Below, one piece after another: positions 36,322-48,443 of a stretch of 64,000 nt of DNA. How positions within the stretch are numbered: the stretch's first letter is position 1; each line of letters begins with the position of its first letter. This DNA is from Phoronis australis. Lineage: Eukaryota; Animalia; Phoronida. Under the pieces are notes generated by a model. The model was given only the letters and a program-made list of their open reading frames with translations, did no database searches and was not told where the DNA came from. Made by a program: the position numbers and the translations under genes. The stretch spans positions 110,361 through 174,360 of the forward strand of contig NMRA01000641.1 in NCBI GenBank assembly GCA_002633005.1, given 5' to 3'.

Positions 36322-37666
36322 CAGGGCTCAACATAAACTTTTTAAGCCACTTCGGACAAGTAGTTGAAACTTTTACTTGCCCGAACAAAAAATTCACTTG
36401 CCCCAAGTACAATCCCAAATAGCACCGTGCATGTGCACACCTAGGTAATGTGTTACAGTAGGGCTGCCTGGGCTGATCATCCTCTTGTGTTGTGCATGCT
36501 ATACACATGAGTTGCTATTTTTTCAACGATTCTTCTTATAGAACATTTACTTATAAGGTGTGTCAAAACACTACAGAGACAAATTAGAACAGTAACTATG
36601 GTATCTGAACCACTGTCTCGCGTTCACAGGCGCCGAAATGAGCTAGGACATGAACTCTAGACACTTCTGTGTATTCATTAGTTTATACGCCGTCATGCAT
36701 TAAACTTGAGTTGTTGCTTAACCTGAATTTGAATTTTTGCTATCCGTAAAAATCTTGCACAGTTTTGGTCATCGGTACCTTGTATTAAATTAAAATCAAA
36801 TTTTAACATATAATAATGCCACATATACTTTTAGTTTCAATAAATAATTACATTTTTGAAAAATAGATAGACCGCGAAAAAGTCACCCTTCAGAGCGACA
36901 ATCCTGAAGACCGTATTTTTCTTATTTCGGGAGTTGCCACCGGGAGCCGGGAATTCATAAGAATTTCCTTTGGAATTCCCCCTGAATAAATACCAGGCAT
37001 TTAAAACTGCTGTGTAGTGAAGAAAATATGTAGTCAATCATTCACTTTTTAGCTTTTGCGCTTATCTGTATGACTTACACGCCGACGAACGCGGTGCTTC
37101 CAGCTGTAGGCCTACATGGGTAAACGCCGGCAAAAATCACACTTTATCCCTTGTTCACTGTCTCGCAGGCCAGGAAACCTAATTTCCCATGATGGAACTC
37201 ATCCCCGCACTCTTTTCGTTTCCTATTGTTGCTTTAATTCTTCCTGAACTCGTTTTTAGCAACTAAACCAATGCCGTACAGGCCTGGACGTTTTGCCAGA
37301 GTGCAGACGATCAGTAGTATCACCTGACAACTTATTCAGAAACTGCAAGGCACGTTCAGAGAATCGAAAGGATTTAACCGCGGGCGTCATCTGTGCATGC
37401 TGCATCACACTCGTTCTAGTTTCCTTTCGGTGCTCATTCGAAAACGGGAGTTTCTTTGACGACCACAGGGGCTTTTTCGACGGTTTTTAGGCTTGTGTCG
37501 GGGTTCATTATTTTGGAGCAAATGTCGAACAGACAATCTTAGGATCTACTTGCCTATGCGGCCAGCTTTTTAACTTGCCCATCGGGCAAGTACTTTTCAT
37601 TCCACTTGCCTGACGCAAAATCTACATGTACACGGGCAATCGGGCAACCGTTAGTGTTGAGCCCTG
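36322..37666. mobile_element. Non-autonomous hAT-like element in RPS3A intron 1
   Basis: TIRs CAGGGCTCAACATAAAC / GTTAGTGTTGAGCCCTG; flanks AATTT / AATGT (5-bp TSD, 1 mismatch); subterminal ACTTGCCC repeats. Confidence 0.8.
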
Positions 37667-38296
37667 AATGTTTAACGCTCCCATAGGCCTTCAAACGCTT
37701 TTCAGCGAATTATGCCTCACATTGATTAAACGATCAGTCATTTTGATATAAATACCTTGAAAAATGCTGTTCTCACTAAAAATGTTGACATTTTTGAATG
37801 ACTTTTTTCCGTTTTGGTTAGGAACAGGTAATGTATTTAGCTTCATTCAGGCATTGCAAGGACCATGGGTACGATTTTTATTTACCATTTTTAAGCAAAA
37901 TTGTGTTCCACGGTTTAACAACCCTGTGGAGCATGTCTGTAAATACGTTTATACAGACGCGTTAAGTCTAATACCATATTCGCCTAATATGCGCCCAGGG
38001 CGCTTAGAAAAATTCATTTCAGGGGCGCTTATTGTAGCCCAAGACGGTTGAAACCGGTCTCCGAAACGGGTGAAATCGGAAGCTAGGATTCATCAAATTT
38101 ACACTCTGTGATGTATCTGTAACCTATGACAGACTTTCTACAAAATTGAGGTGCATTGCTACCAAACTTCGTAATTCAAGGACAATCATATTTCACGAAG
38201 TTGTGCTGTAATCCCTGGGCGAAAACTCGCAACTGATGCATCGCTGCCTCGCGATCATCAATAGGGCAATTTCTTGAATAAAAATACAGAAGTTGT

Positions 38297-38670
38297 TGCG
38301 AAAATTTAGGAAATGGCGCGTGCGCATGACAAGAGCATATTGTATTCGAAACGACGACATACTTTCCATTGTTAGAAAAGGCGGAGAGTTACCTGTTAGA
38401 AAAGGCGGAGAGTTACCCAAGAAAATGATGTTTATTGCATTGTTTTTCACTTAACGGCTGTAACGGGCAAGGTGAGTGCCGATTGATTCCCAGATTTTGC
38501 ATGCAACCGGTCTTTAGCTTTAAATTTTGTAACAAGTTCCACGGCGCGGTGACGAGCAGAACTACCCTCTACCCTGGCTGCGTGCAATTTCGGGTTCCAC
38601 GGAAGAAATGCAGACAGTGGTACCTAGCTGTATTTTGACGACAGTCTTCATACAGCTAGCTGACTGGCTA
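38297..38670 (-). repeat. Interspersed repeat, inverted copy of 3121-3475
   Basis: Direct reverse-complement comparison; carries an internal ~24-bp tandem duplication TGTTAGAAAAGGCGGAGAGTTACC. Confidence 0.85.
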
Positions 38671-38981
38671 CTGACCTTGATGTCGATGATCGTGATGTCC
38701 TCGAAACGAGAAACATTGTGTAACAGAGAACTTAAATTAACAAACACTCAGAGTGCAGTACTGCCTTTTCATTCCAGACTATACACAGTACGAAATCAAA
38801 TAATAAAGAAGTTGAGTCGGGCAAACATTTCGCATTGGAAAGGAACTGGTGTGAGATTTAGGTTGGAAGGCTTTCATCGGTCGACATCGGACAAATCAGA
38901 GCGCCTATTAGATCTCAAGATTAATGCCACCTACAGTAATAAAGCCCCCAAGTTTCACTCGCATACTTATTTTTAACTTAC

Positions 38982-39043
38982 ATCTTCTTCTTGCCGCCTT
39001 TCTTGCCACCTTTTGTCAGCCTTTTATTTTTGCCGACCGCCAT
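38982..39043 (-). CDS. RPS3A: 40S ribosomal protein S3a, exon 1 coding part (not in ORF track)
   Basis: MAVGKNKRLTKGGKKGGKKK(I); GTAAGT donor; 62 bp; six exons sum to 789 bp = 262 aa + stop with consistent phases. Confidence 0.98.
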
Positions 39044-39052
39044 GTTGGCTTC

Positions 39053-39068
39053 TGGGTAAAAGAGGAAG
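39053..39068 (-). promoter_or_regulatory. RPS3A: TCT initiator / 5' TOP tract of RPS3A
   Basis: Minus strand CTTCCTCTTTTACCCA lies just upstream of the ATG, typical of animal ribosomal protein genes. Confidence 0.8.
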
Positions 39069-39720
39069 TCTAATGTGCATTGTGGGAAAACGAATATTTC
39101 GTGATGTCATTATACACCCTCTGACACAGCACCACCTATAGTATGATTGAAAGTGTGACATGAGTTGCCAAGAAGGTAGGTTAATGGTACCCAGTCGATT
39201 ATGCAGGGTTTGTGTCGTGTTCTTGATGTGCATTTTAGTTTCAGCCGCAGCTTTGCGACTCCGGTACCCAGCATCAGTCCCTCACTTAGTCACGCAGGAC
39301 TGCGGTTTACTTGGTCGCTCCTCAACTTCGGTCTATGCCTGGCCCTAGGCATAGCCAGACGGGGCTGGGTCCGCTGGCGCTGAGGGAGTGCTTGGAATTC
39401 GACTTGATTTCAAGATCGGGTATGTGTGAAAATATCTGAGGAAACTCTGGAAGCTGAGTCCCTCAAACTGTTGGACGATTCTGTGACACAAGTTCTGGTA
39501 AAGCCAAAAGGAGGTAGTGGGTAAACCAAACTTGTTTAACTTTAACTAGTAGGAAGTCCGCACAGTGAAAGAGAATCTAGTGCCATACGGTCCATACAAT
39601 AAACTTGAATTGTTTGTCAAACAATAACCTGCACATGTGGATATTGCAATCTTGTGAACACTTTTTTACTAGAAGATTTGACTTCTTACGTTTTGCTTTT
39701 GTCACTCCACCACTTGCATA

Positions 39721-40251
39721 TGTCTCGAATAATAGATAAATGATACGTGCGTTGCAAGCTCATTACCAGAGATGAAAAGGAGACAGAGTTAGGCGATATA
39801 AGGTCATTTATTACGACTAATACAATTACAAGTAAATATGGTGAATACAGATACGTAAAATAAAAAATGACAATCTTTGGTAAGATGGACAATAAAAAAG
39901 CGCCGGCTTCGTGGAAATACGATAGAATGACGAAAACGGGGAGGTAGAGGGTGGGAAAAGTTACGTTTTGTAATGTACAACTATGTGGCCGAAACAAGGG
40001 TGAACTAAAAACGAGGTTACAAATAACAATGAAAAAGCCTAAGGACACATGACAATCATTAGCCTATAAGAGCGAAGAGCTGACCAAACTCGAGGCACGT
40101 GATAACAACAGACCAATACGAAGGCTGAGAAAACGACGTTTAGTCCTACACAAAGGAATAATGGAATAGACCGAAATGAGGGGGGAGAGGAGTAAGACTG
40201 GTCCATATGCTCACATAAATATATTTAACGAGTGAAATACCATTTATGATC
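39721..40251 (+). repeat. ~530-bp repeat unit, second (permuted) copy at 43364-43904
   Basis: Long near-identical block GACAATCATTAGCCTATA...GAGTGAAATACCATTTATGATC present in both places. Confidence 0.9.
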
Positions 40252-42921
40252 AACATATGCAGGGCCGTAGGAAGCGGGGGGCGCGGGCCCCCCAAAAATG
40301 CTCAAGCATCAGGGTTAAACTGTGGCAACCTGCATAGGCGTGGGGCCGGGGACATTAAGAAAAGAAAGACTGCGAAATACAGATAAGAGAGAAAATTCAA
40401 GAGAACATTTAACAACTCTGCATGGGTGCATGGTTTACCTTTTGAGGACCCTGGCCAGGACATTGTCGTTAGGGTCTCCGCTTTTGCAGCACAGGTCGTA
40501 TAAATGCGCTTCAAAATGTTCACAAAATCAATTATATTTTGAAAAATCAAGACAATTTGTAAAGCAAAGCTTTTGCGGAGCATACTAATTTACTGGATTT
40601 TTAAATTCAATAAGTCAGTTTTGCAAATGCAAAACTACATTTTTCCAGATGCCTTTCTCTGGCAAGGGATAACGTAGACAACTTTCGCATTATTTTTCTG
40701 TCAAAACTGTATATTACTTGAGAAAAATTGATGACCTGACCGATAACATAAATTGCTGCGCATTTCTTGATATTTGAAAATATAGATATTTTCATGTTTA
40801 GGGGCCCCGCCCTTGAAGGAGGCCATTGATGACATTCAAGTGGCCACCCTTTTTGTGTTTTTATTGATAAATTCTTAAGAGCCCGCTCACGGAGAGAGGG
40901 TCCAATGTTGGAATCGATTACCTCTATTTTCCTGTTTTTTGTGAAATTGTGCAAGGAGGTCATTCCCTGCATCGTTTTGAGACCACACGACGGTGGAATT
41001 CACTGTCACCCTTTTTCCAAGCTTAATGATGTTTATCCTTCCATCTTAAGGTGTCGCCTTTAGATGGTACCCTCTCTCGGTGGAGCAGTTCGGGGGAAAT
41101 TTACCCTTGTCCCTCTGTACATGAAAATCCGACACTGCCAAGTATTCACGATGGAAGTTGAGATTCCAAATTCATAAAAAAACACAAAACATTCAGCACA
41201 GCTATTCGACCCAAACAACCAAAAATGTGAAAAAATGCAGTAGGATTGCCAACATCGAAAGGGTGGAATTTGAAGGACGTGAAGACCACTATTTGTGAAT
41301 TACACAAAAGGATTATTTCCGATGTTACTGTTTCTCGCAGTATCACTATCTTTTTTAAAGATGGTTACTATGAGTTGTTTGTTAGGAATTTCCACATGTG
41401 GAAAACACTGCTGTCTAGGCCACTATTTGTGATGACCATATACATGTCAAAAGGGGGTACTTAAAGAACTCTCGCAATCATAAACAAAGATTTCAGTGTT
41501 TTTTTTGTCATTGGAGTTCAAGTTTACCTTGTGAACCGTTATAGGTACCTCTGAAATGATCAAAAATACGCCTTAATATAAATGCCCCATCTCCCATATT
41601 CCCCCAGTTACCCGTCAAAAGTCTGTGAGCATGGCTGTGGAAACTGCTTATAACATTCTGTTTTGATAAACAAATTCGTTGGTTTCTGATTTACTTGTTT
41701 ATGTATCTATGAACATCAATAGATTCATAGACGATTTTTTACAATTAGAAGCCAATCTTGTAAGAATTGGTGATGTTTCAGTGAATGTAATTGCAGCCTG
41801 AAGTTGGAAAAACTCGATCCCCAAATAGTAAAGTACACTTAGTGCATGTATAGACAATTTTTGCATATCTAAAATAACACTCAAAAACATTGATGAAATT
41901 CAGATTCACAAACTGTAGATAAAAAAATCGTTTTAAAAATTCTCAAATAAATACAACTAAATTCATTGCTTGGAAAGGTTGTCTTTGCACTTCCTTGGTG
42001 TTTTCAGTTTCCAGTAGTATTGGGCAATGAATTTTTGCTCATGTCGTTCAGCAACTTTTCCAGGCGTGAGGGGCTCTGAACGTGCAATAACATCTGGCTC
42101 CTTTGTTGACAGCCCAGCACAGTCTTTTGTCCCGTATGACATGTTGTAGTTGGGCGATTTTGGTAATTCAAAAACTAAACATGATCAGCATTTGACAAGG
42201 AATTCAGAAATGCTATTGGTTTGTGTTCAAATATGTTTTAACTTAACTTTCATTTTTAGCAGTTCAGCCCAGTCCGGCTAGATACGATCTGATCGGAGAT
42301 TAGAGCAATTATCGAACAAAAGAGAGCCCCCCTCCAACCCTAAATGCCAGAATGGAGTTAATCAGTCGTGTAAGATATTGGCTACAGGGGTGATCTTCCC
42401 AACTTGTTGGGTTATAGAATCGAACAAGTTGGGGACAATGGGAAAACGCTGTAATGTCTTCGAAACTGAGTTGATTGCTTGTCCTGATTCGCGTACACGT
42501 CATGACTGACGTACCCTCGTTGTAAGGTGTAACCCTGCAGTAGGCCCGGCGCGCAGAATCTCAGTGATCCATGGGAACTGAATTTGAACTGCAGGCGTTC
42601 AGAAAGTGTATGCCAGCATTTTTGGGACACAGTCCTTTTCCCCAGCCACCAGAAACTGAACTACTGGTCGTGTTTCAACTAGGCATTTTGAAACAGCCTC
42701 AAAGGCACTATACCAGGGGCTTCGGGACCTCAACTTTTCAGAAAAAAAACTCCTTCAAAGAATGACCATAATAAAATAAAATTTTCCCGAAACTGGATCA
42801 CAATAAAACCAATCTTGACCTTAGAGTGAGCACTGGTGGCCTGCACGAGCTGCCTGTCTCAATTGAATCACAGCTTAGCTTACCAGCAACTAACTTTAGT
42901 TTGTCGGAAATTTCGTATTTT

Positions 42922-43072
42922 CACATTGTTAGATCTCAGCTATAGCTACTTGAGGCAGCGCCTCTTACTCTACACATTGTTAGATCTAAGCTATAGCTAC
43001 TTGAGGCAGCGCCTCTTACTCTACACATTGTTAGATCTAAGCTATAGCTACTTGAGGCAGCGCCTCTTACTC
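42922..43072. repeat. 51-bp tandem repeat x3
   Basis: CACATTGTTAGATCTAAGCTATAGCTACTTGAGGCAGCGCCTCTTACTCTA at 42922, 42973 and 43024. Confidence 0.95.
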
Positions 43073-43363
43073 TTCGTGTTGGTTCACGGTTACTCAACTC
43101 TTGATGGCTTCATCCCCCCGGGACTGTAACTGGGGCAGATTCATTCAGGATTTTGAGTTGGGAGAGGGGCAGGGCAGAGTATTAGCCAGGGTTTTACCCG
43201 TCAGAAATTCGCACCCACGAACTGCCAAATAGAATCTGGGATAACTTTACGGGAACCATGGCCCCTTGGTCACTCCTAAATGCGCCATTGTGCCCCCACC
43301 TAGGGCTGACGTGGGAGATTGGGTACAAATATGGTGGCGAGGGGGGGGGGGGGNAAGATTTGC

Positions 43364-43904
43364 AATAAAAAAGCGCCGGCCACGTGGAAGTACGATAGAA
43401 TGACGAAAACTGGGAGGAAGAGGGTGGGAAAAGTTACTACATTTTGTAACATACGATAATGTGGCTGAAACAAAGGTGAACTGAAAACGAGGTTATAATA
43501 ACAAAGAAAAAACCTAAGGATGCGTGACAATCATTAGCCTATAGGAGCGAAGAGCTGACCAAACTCAAGGCACGTGATAACAACAGACCAATACGAAGGC
43601 TGAGAAAACGACGTTTAGTCCTACACAAAGGAATAATGGAATAGACCGAAATGAGGGGGGAGAGGAGTAAGACTGGTCCATATGCTCACATAAATATATT
43701 TAACGAGTGAAATACCATTTATGATCGGTTTTTGTCCCGAATAATAAGTAAATGATACGTGCGTCGCAAGCTCGTTACCAGAGATGAAGTAAGCGATAAA
43801 AGGTCATTTGTTATGACTATTACAATTACAAGTAAATATGATGCATACAGATAAGTAAAATAAAAAATGATAATCTCTGGTAAGATCGGCAATAAAAAAG
43901 CGCC
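43364..43904 (+). repeat. Circularly permuted copy of the 39721-40251 repeat
   Basis: Block order B then A, versus A then B in the first copy. Confidence 0.85.
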
Positions 43905-45296
43905 ACAAGAGGTTTTAAGACAGCTCATGCCCATCCACAGGGACGGGCGGAATGAGATAAATGAAATGAAAGAAGTGCAGGACTACTTATAAGACTGGTG
44001 CTTATTCAGCTCCACAATAAATTAACTCTTGTTGTCTGTCTGGTTCTAGATGTATAAAACACAGTTGCAGGCATAGGATCTCACGAGAGCGAAATCAGCT
44101 TTTTTGTGGCAGGCATCGAAAGAGTGTATTGGCGAGGCTGAATCTGATAAATAGTCTTTCAACAAACTGTGATGATTTTGATTGAATTGGGAGAAATTGA
44201 AATATTTTTTTGGAACAAAATTCATGTAAATCCTTTGAAGCCTTAGAATGTAACAATTCGCCCTGTATTATGTACTGCATCCTGTGACATACCGGCTGCT
44301 TGGAAATTGAGCCCTTTTCTATTTCAATGCATAAAAACTCTTAATGTATGTCAGATGGTGGTGGTCAATTTCAAACAAGGGATGGCAGTTGCTGATTTAT
44401 CCAGGAGAGTCATGGACTGGGGTGTCAGTTGACACAAGATATTCTGACGGACAAGAAATCTTAACTTATGGAATTGGCCCTCTTGGAAAGCAGTGCTGTG
44501 ACTGAAGAGGCCGCCATCATTTTAAATATTACAGTAAATAAAATAATGCGTCCACATATAAATATGTGGGCGCATGATAAAATGTCCCATAATTCATTAA
44601 TTCTATCCTATAATTCATAATTTTCACTGGCTACATCTAGGGTCACTAGTAAACTGCTTGTGAAACACCTTTCAATCCTGTGGTTTTGTTTTTTGTGAGT
44701 TGTCTGCTTTTTACAAGTGTCAAGAGAACAAATTCTTGGACCATCCTTAGGTACCCGTGTCCTACTTAAACACAGTTTGGGAGAATTTGGGTATGTCACC
44801 ATTTGAATCATCCCAAGGTTAATAGTGTACCGTACTAACTAGTAAGCCTTTGTTAACCTTCCAATATTACCTATAATTATGACAAAACGTGCCAAAAATT
44901 TTCTTTGCGTGCGATTACTATAAAATTAAATTTGATGATTGAAGACTACTCGACTGTCTTCTTATTCTATTAAGAACACGCAAGGACAGACTTTTGAACC
45001 AAAATTACTCTTCAGGAAAATTTACTTTGCTTTTATCATGTTTTTAGTATATCTACTGATAATGTTTGATAAAATTTTGAGTTTTTACATTGATGTAGTA
45101 AGCGTTTTGAAATGCAGACAAATGAACATTTAGCAAATGTTTTTATCCCAAATTGAAGAATGTTAGTGCAAACTTGGCATTTCTTGATTGGAGAGCCATT
45201 TATAAGCACATGAAGTTGCACCCTACAGCAGTGACCAGGTAGTAAAAGGTATCAAGAGCCTGCAAATGAATTTACCTTTTAAATGTTGTTTTCCAG

Positions 45297-46742
45297 ATGA
45301 GCCAATATTTACAGCCAGATTACAGTCACCTGCCAGAGGTAGCATGGATAAGCATTCTGAAACAACTGTCTTTGGAAGATCGATACAGACTCTCCCAGAC
45401 ATGTCACACATTACAGGAACATTTTCATCATCCTTCGGTTTGGCATACTGTTACCATAAAGTTCACCGCCGAGGACGGAAAAATGCCTGGCGAACTTCTG
45501 CGACGTCCCCGTGATGTCCACCTGACTAGAAAGTACAAACAAATGATAGAACAGTATGGTTGCTACTTTCAGGATTTGACTCTTGTCTTCTATGGCATAA
45601 TCACAGGGCTTTCTCAAGAACACAGAGATATCATTGCTGAATTAGGGAAAAGCTGTCGATTGAGGAGTCTTACGCTAGAGGTTGGCATTGCACCTTCCAC
45701 TCTCAATGAAAATGACTTGTCAATGAGCAAGACTGATCTGGAGTCAGTCTCTCTTGCAGTCACTAATGCATTCAGGTTAAAATGCTTTTTCTTAAAGAGC
45801 TGGCCCTCATTTGATAAGGTCAATATTCTCCAGAGGCTTGTGTCCAATGAACGACTAAAAAACTTGGATCAGTTGAACTTGTTGTACCGTTGTGCAACAG
45901 AATCAACTTGGTCAACAGTCAGTGCTCCTATACCTGAGATAATTGATGTATTGCAAGCTGTCAAGCACTTTAACTACCTCACATCTTTCAGTTTACGCTC
46001 TGATCTACTCACAACAGAAGTTGTAGAAGAACTGAGCAAAGCTGGTCGATTGAAGTGTCTTCAAGTTATGGTAATCTATTCACCACACACGAAGAAAGGT
46101 CTCTACGAGATCTCTCGTAAGTCATGGACCATGCTTTCACAGTCTTGTCCACAGCTCCAGATCCATGTGAATTTTGTAAACAGAATCCCATATGTTGAAA
46201 GGTCTGGGTACATGAAACGAGAAATGCCAGTGACTGAGATCAGTTTTATGAAGTTTTCATCTTGTTCGGCATCTGACATTCAGTCATTCTCTGAAAAGTA
46301 TTGCAAAACCCTTACGAAATTCACTAATTACTCAGATAGTGGAGATTTTGATGAGCAGTTGATGTCATTGGTTGATAACTGCAGTCACATGACTCACTTC
46401 TCATCTTGTGGGCCAATCACAGCTAACACTGTTCTCCAGCTTGCTGCCACCAGGGGTGACAAGTGGCATAAGTTTGAAGTGAAGGAAGACATGGTTGTTT
46501 TCAAGTCATCTGCAAGTGATTATGATGAGAATGCAGTGATCTCAACCACAAGCTCTGGAGAAGTTGTCATGACGCAAATGGAACGCAGACTGGCTGATCT
46601 TAATGTTGATGAGAATAGACAACTGCAAGATTTTGCTAATGAAGTGTCTACAATCCTACATCGACGGTGGGCACCTTTGCCTGAGAATTTCATGGAGGAA
46701 GACTTGACTCATCTGCAAAGGCCTAGGGTTTCTATTAACTAA
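45297..46742 (+). CDS. F-box protein with degenerate LRR-like repeats (FBXO39/FBXO33/FBXL3-like)
   Basis: 481-aa uninterrupted ORF; N-terminal F-box DYSHLPEVAWISILKQLSLEDRYRLSQTC..W; LxxLxL repeats (LRSLTL, LDQLNL, LTSFSL, LKCLQV); TTTTCCAG acceptor directly before the ATG implies upstream exon(s). Confidence 0.88.
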   Translation: MSQYLQPDYSHLPEVAWISILKQLSLEDRYRLSQTCHTLQEHFHHPSVWHTVTIKFTAEDGKMPGELLRRPRDVHLTRKYKQMIEQYGCYFQDLTLVFYGIITGLSQEHRDIIAELGKSCRLRSLTLEVGIAPSTLNENDLSMSKTDLESVSLAVTNAFRLKCFFLKSWPSFDKVNILQRLVSNERLKNLDQLNLLYRCATESTWSTVSAPIPEIIDVLQAVKHFNYLTSFSLRSDLLTTEVVEELSKAGRLKCLQVMVIYSPHTKKGLYEISRKSWTMLSQSCPQLQIHVNFVNRIPYVERSGYMKREMPVTEISFMKFSSCSASDIQSFSEKYCKTLTKFTNYSDSGDFDEQLMSLVDNCSHMTHFSSCGPITANTVLQLAATRGDKWHKFEVKEDMVVFKSSASDYDENAVISTTSSGEVVMTQMERRLADLNVDENRQLQDFANEVSTILHRRWAPLPENFMEEDLTHLQRPRVSIN

Positions 46743-48015
46743 AAGTTGAATAGGACCTAGAAGGTGGTGCTTATCTGCTGAAAATGTCCATGGATGTCTG
46801 CCTTCTTGCAGAATTGAAGAACTAGACTGCAAAACAGTAGTCTTCTGAAAGTCATGTTTGGTGCTAGTGGCTAAGACATCTAGGAGTTTTAAAGTGCTTA
46901 AAACCATTATTTACCTTGTTTGGATCAGTGACTGTATTGTTAGCATTGTCCTTCATTGTGCATATTGCAACCTGAATTCAACATCCCAAAAATGAGAAAA
47001 TAGAAGAAATGCACTTTAGCTGAAAGCTTCTTAGCTCCACGGACATGAGTGTGATGTATTAACGAACCCAGGGTCAGTGAACTATGTTCACCTACACACA
47101 AGTTTCTTGTATCAGTCTGTTTCATATCCAGGGTCAGTGCACTATGTTCACATACACACAAGTTTCACAGCCTGTTTCCTATCCATGCCACAATGTGGTC
47201 AAATGCTCAGTTTTCACAACTACCACAAACGCTATACCTTGTCATTCTTTATTATACCAAAAACCTCTGTGCCAGCAGCAATATCTCAAGACTTTTCAGC
47301 TCAACCGTGTAGAGGATGACTGAATGTTCTGATTGGTTGTCCCAATTCTTGTAGAATGTATCGTGCATTAAATGCTTATAACTTCAGATCAGCAGTATTG
47401 TCACATGAGGTTTTTGAGTGTTCTAATGTGACAGCTGATCGACTGGTGGGGTTGTTTTTAGTGTTGTTGATATCAAATTGGTGATTTTTTATGCACTTAA
47501 ACTGTAGTTTCATTCTATGTATTGAGGATTGGTTTCTTAACAGCTACCATTGTCAGATTTTTTGTAGTCGTGCTGTATGCCACAGTTGAACTTATTTGGT
47601 AAATGAACTTTTGTTCAGCTCAGTGATGTCCGGCTCTATATTGTTATCTTATTGTGTTTAAGGTGTAGTTTGTTTACTAATCTGCTGAGGTTATCCATCC
47701 TGAGCTCTTGAAGTATATTTTTCAAACACAGTTACCATAATTGTAAATGAGGTTTGGGGGTTCTGTAACAACCCCCTTGACTTTTCCATGGGAAAATAAC
47801 GTTCCTATTTTGTGACAGAATGTGTTATTGTGTATTTGCTTCATACAGTTTAGTCATCGTATTACGTAACTTACTGTTGTTGTTTATCACCACTCTCTTA
47901 GAGTAGAAGATGAGTAACACTTACCATTCCTAGAACTACTTGTTTGTCAGAATATTGCATCCTTTATTTGTTCATCTTATTTGATTGGTTAATTCGTGTT
48001 TCTCTGGTCTCTCTC

Positions 48016-48019
<4 letters not shown>

Positions 48020-48046
<27 letters not shown>
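48020..48046. repeat. (TA)n microsatellite
   Basis: Visible dinucleotide run. Confidence 0.95.
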
Positions 48047-48169
48047 CACTTTCACTTGTATTTTATGTAGTAGTATCGGTAGTTTTCATGAGTTGATTAG
48101 TAGTTGTTTCTCCACATTGAGAGTTGTTCTCATCATTCGTTGACAGTCTTCAATATACTAGTCAAGACT

Positions 48170-48443
48170 CATAGGCGGATTTAGGGGGAGGCAGGGGGCT
48201 GGTGCAAGGAAAAATAAAGAGCAGCAACAGCGTGAAGAAACGAGTGCACCAATTTGGAATGACAACGGGGGGAGGGAGGCAGAGCGCAGCGGAATCGTGT
48301 TCCCGTTTTTTTTAGTCCTCCGATGGAATTTGGCAACATTAGGTGCACATCGCCAGCCCCCGCAACTTTCGGGCCGGCCTGTGCATACAAATTCTCTGAG
48401 ACATCATCTTGGCCCCCCTTATGGTATCCTAGATCCGCCACTG
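48170..48443. mobile_element. hAT-like MITE with 5-bp TSD AGACT
   Basis: CATAGGCGGATTTAGG ... CCTAGATCCGCCACTG; AGACT at 48165-48169 and 48444-48448. Confidence 0.78.

Noticed and set aside
47890-47950. EDE*HLPFLELLV resembling the PLE RT motif LPFLD
   Set aside because: Isolated short match with a stop and no flanking support
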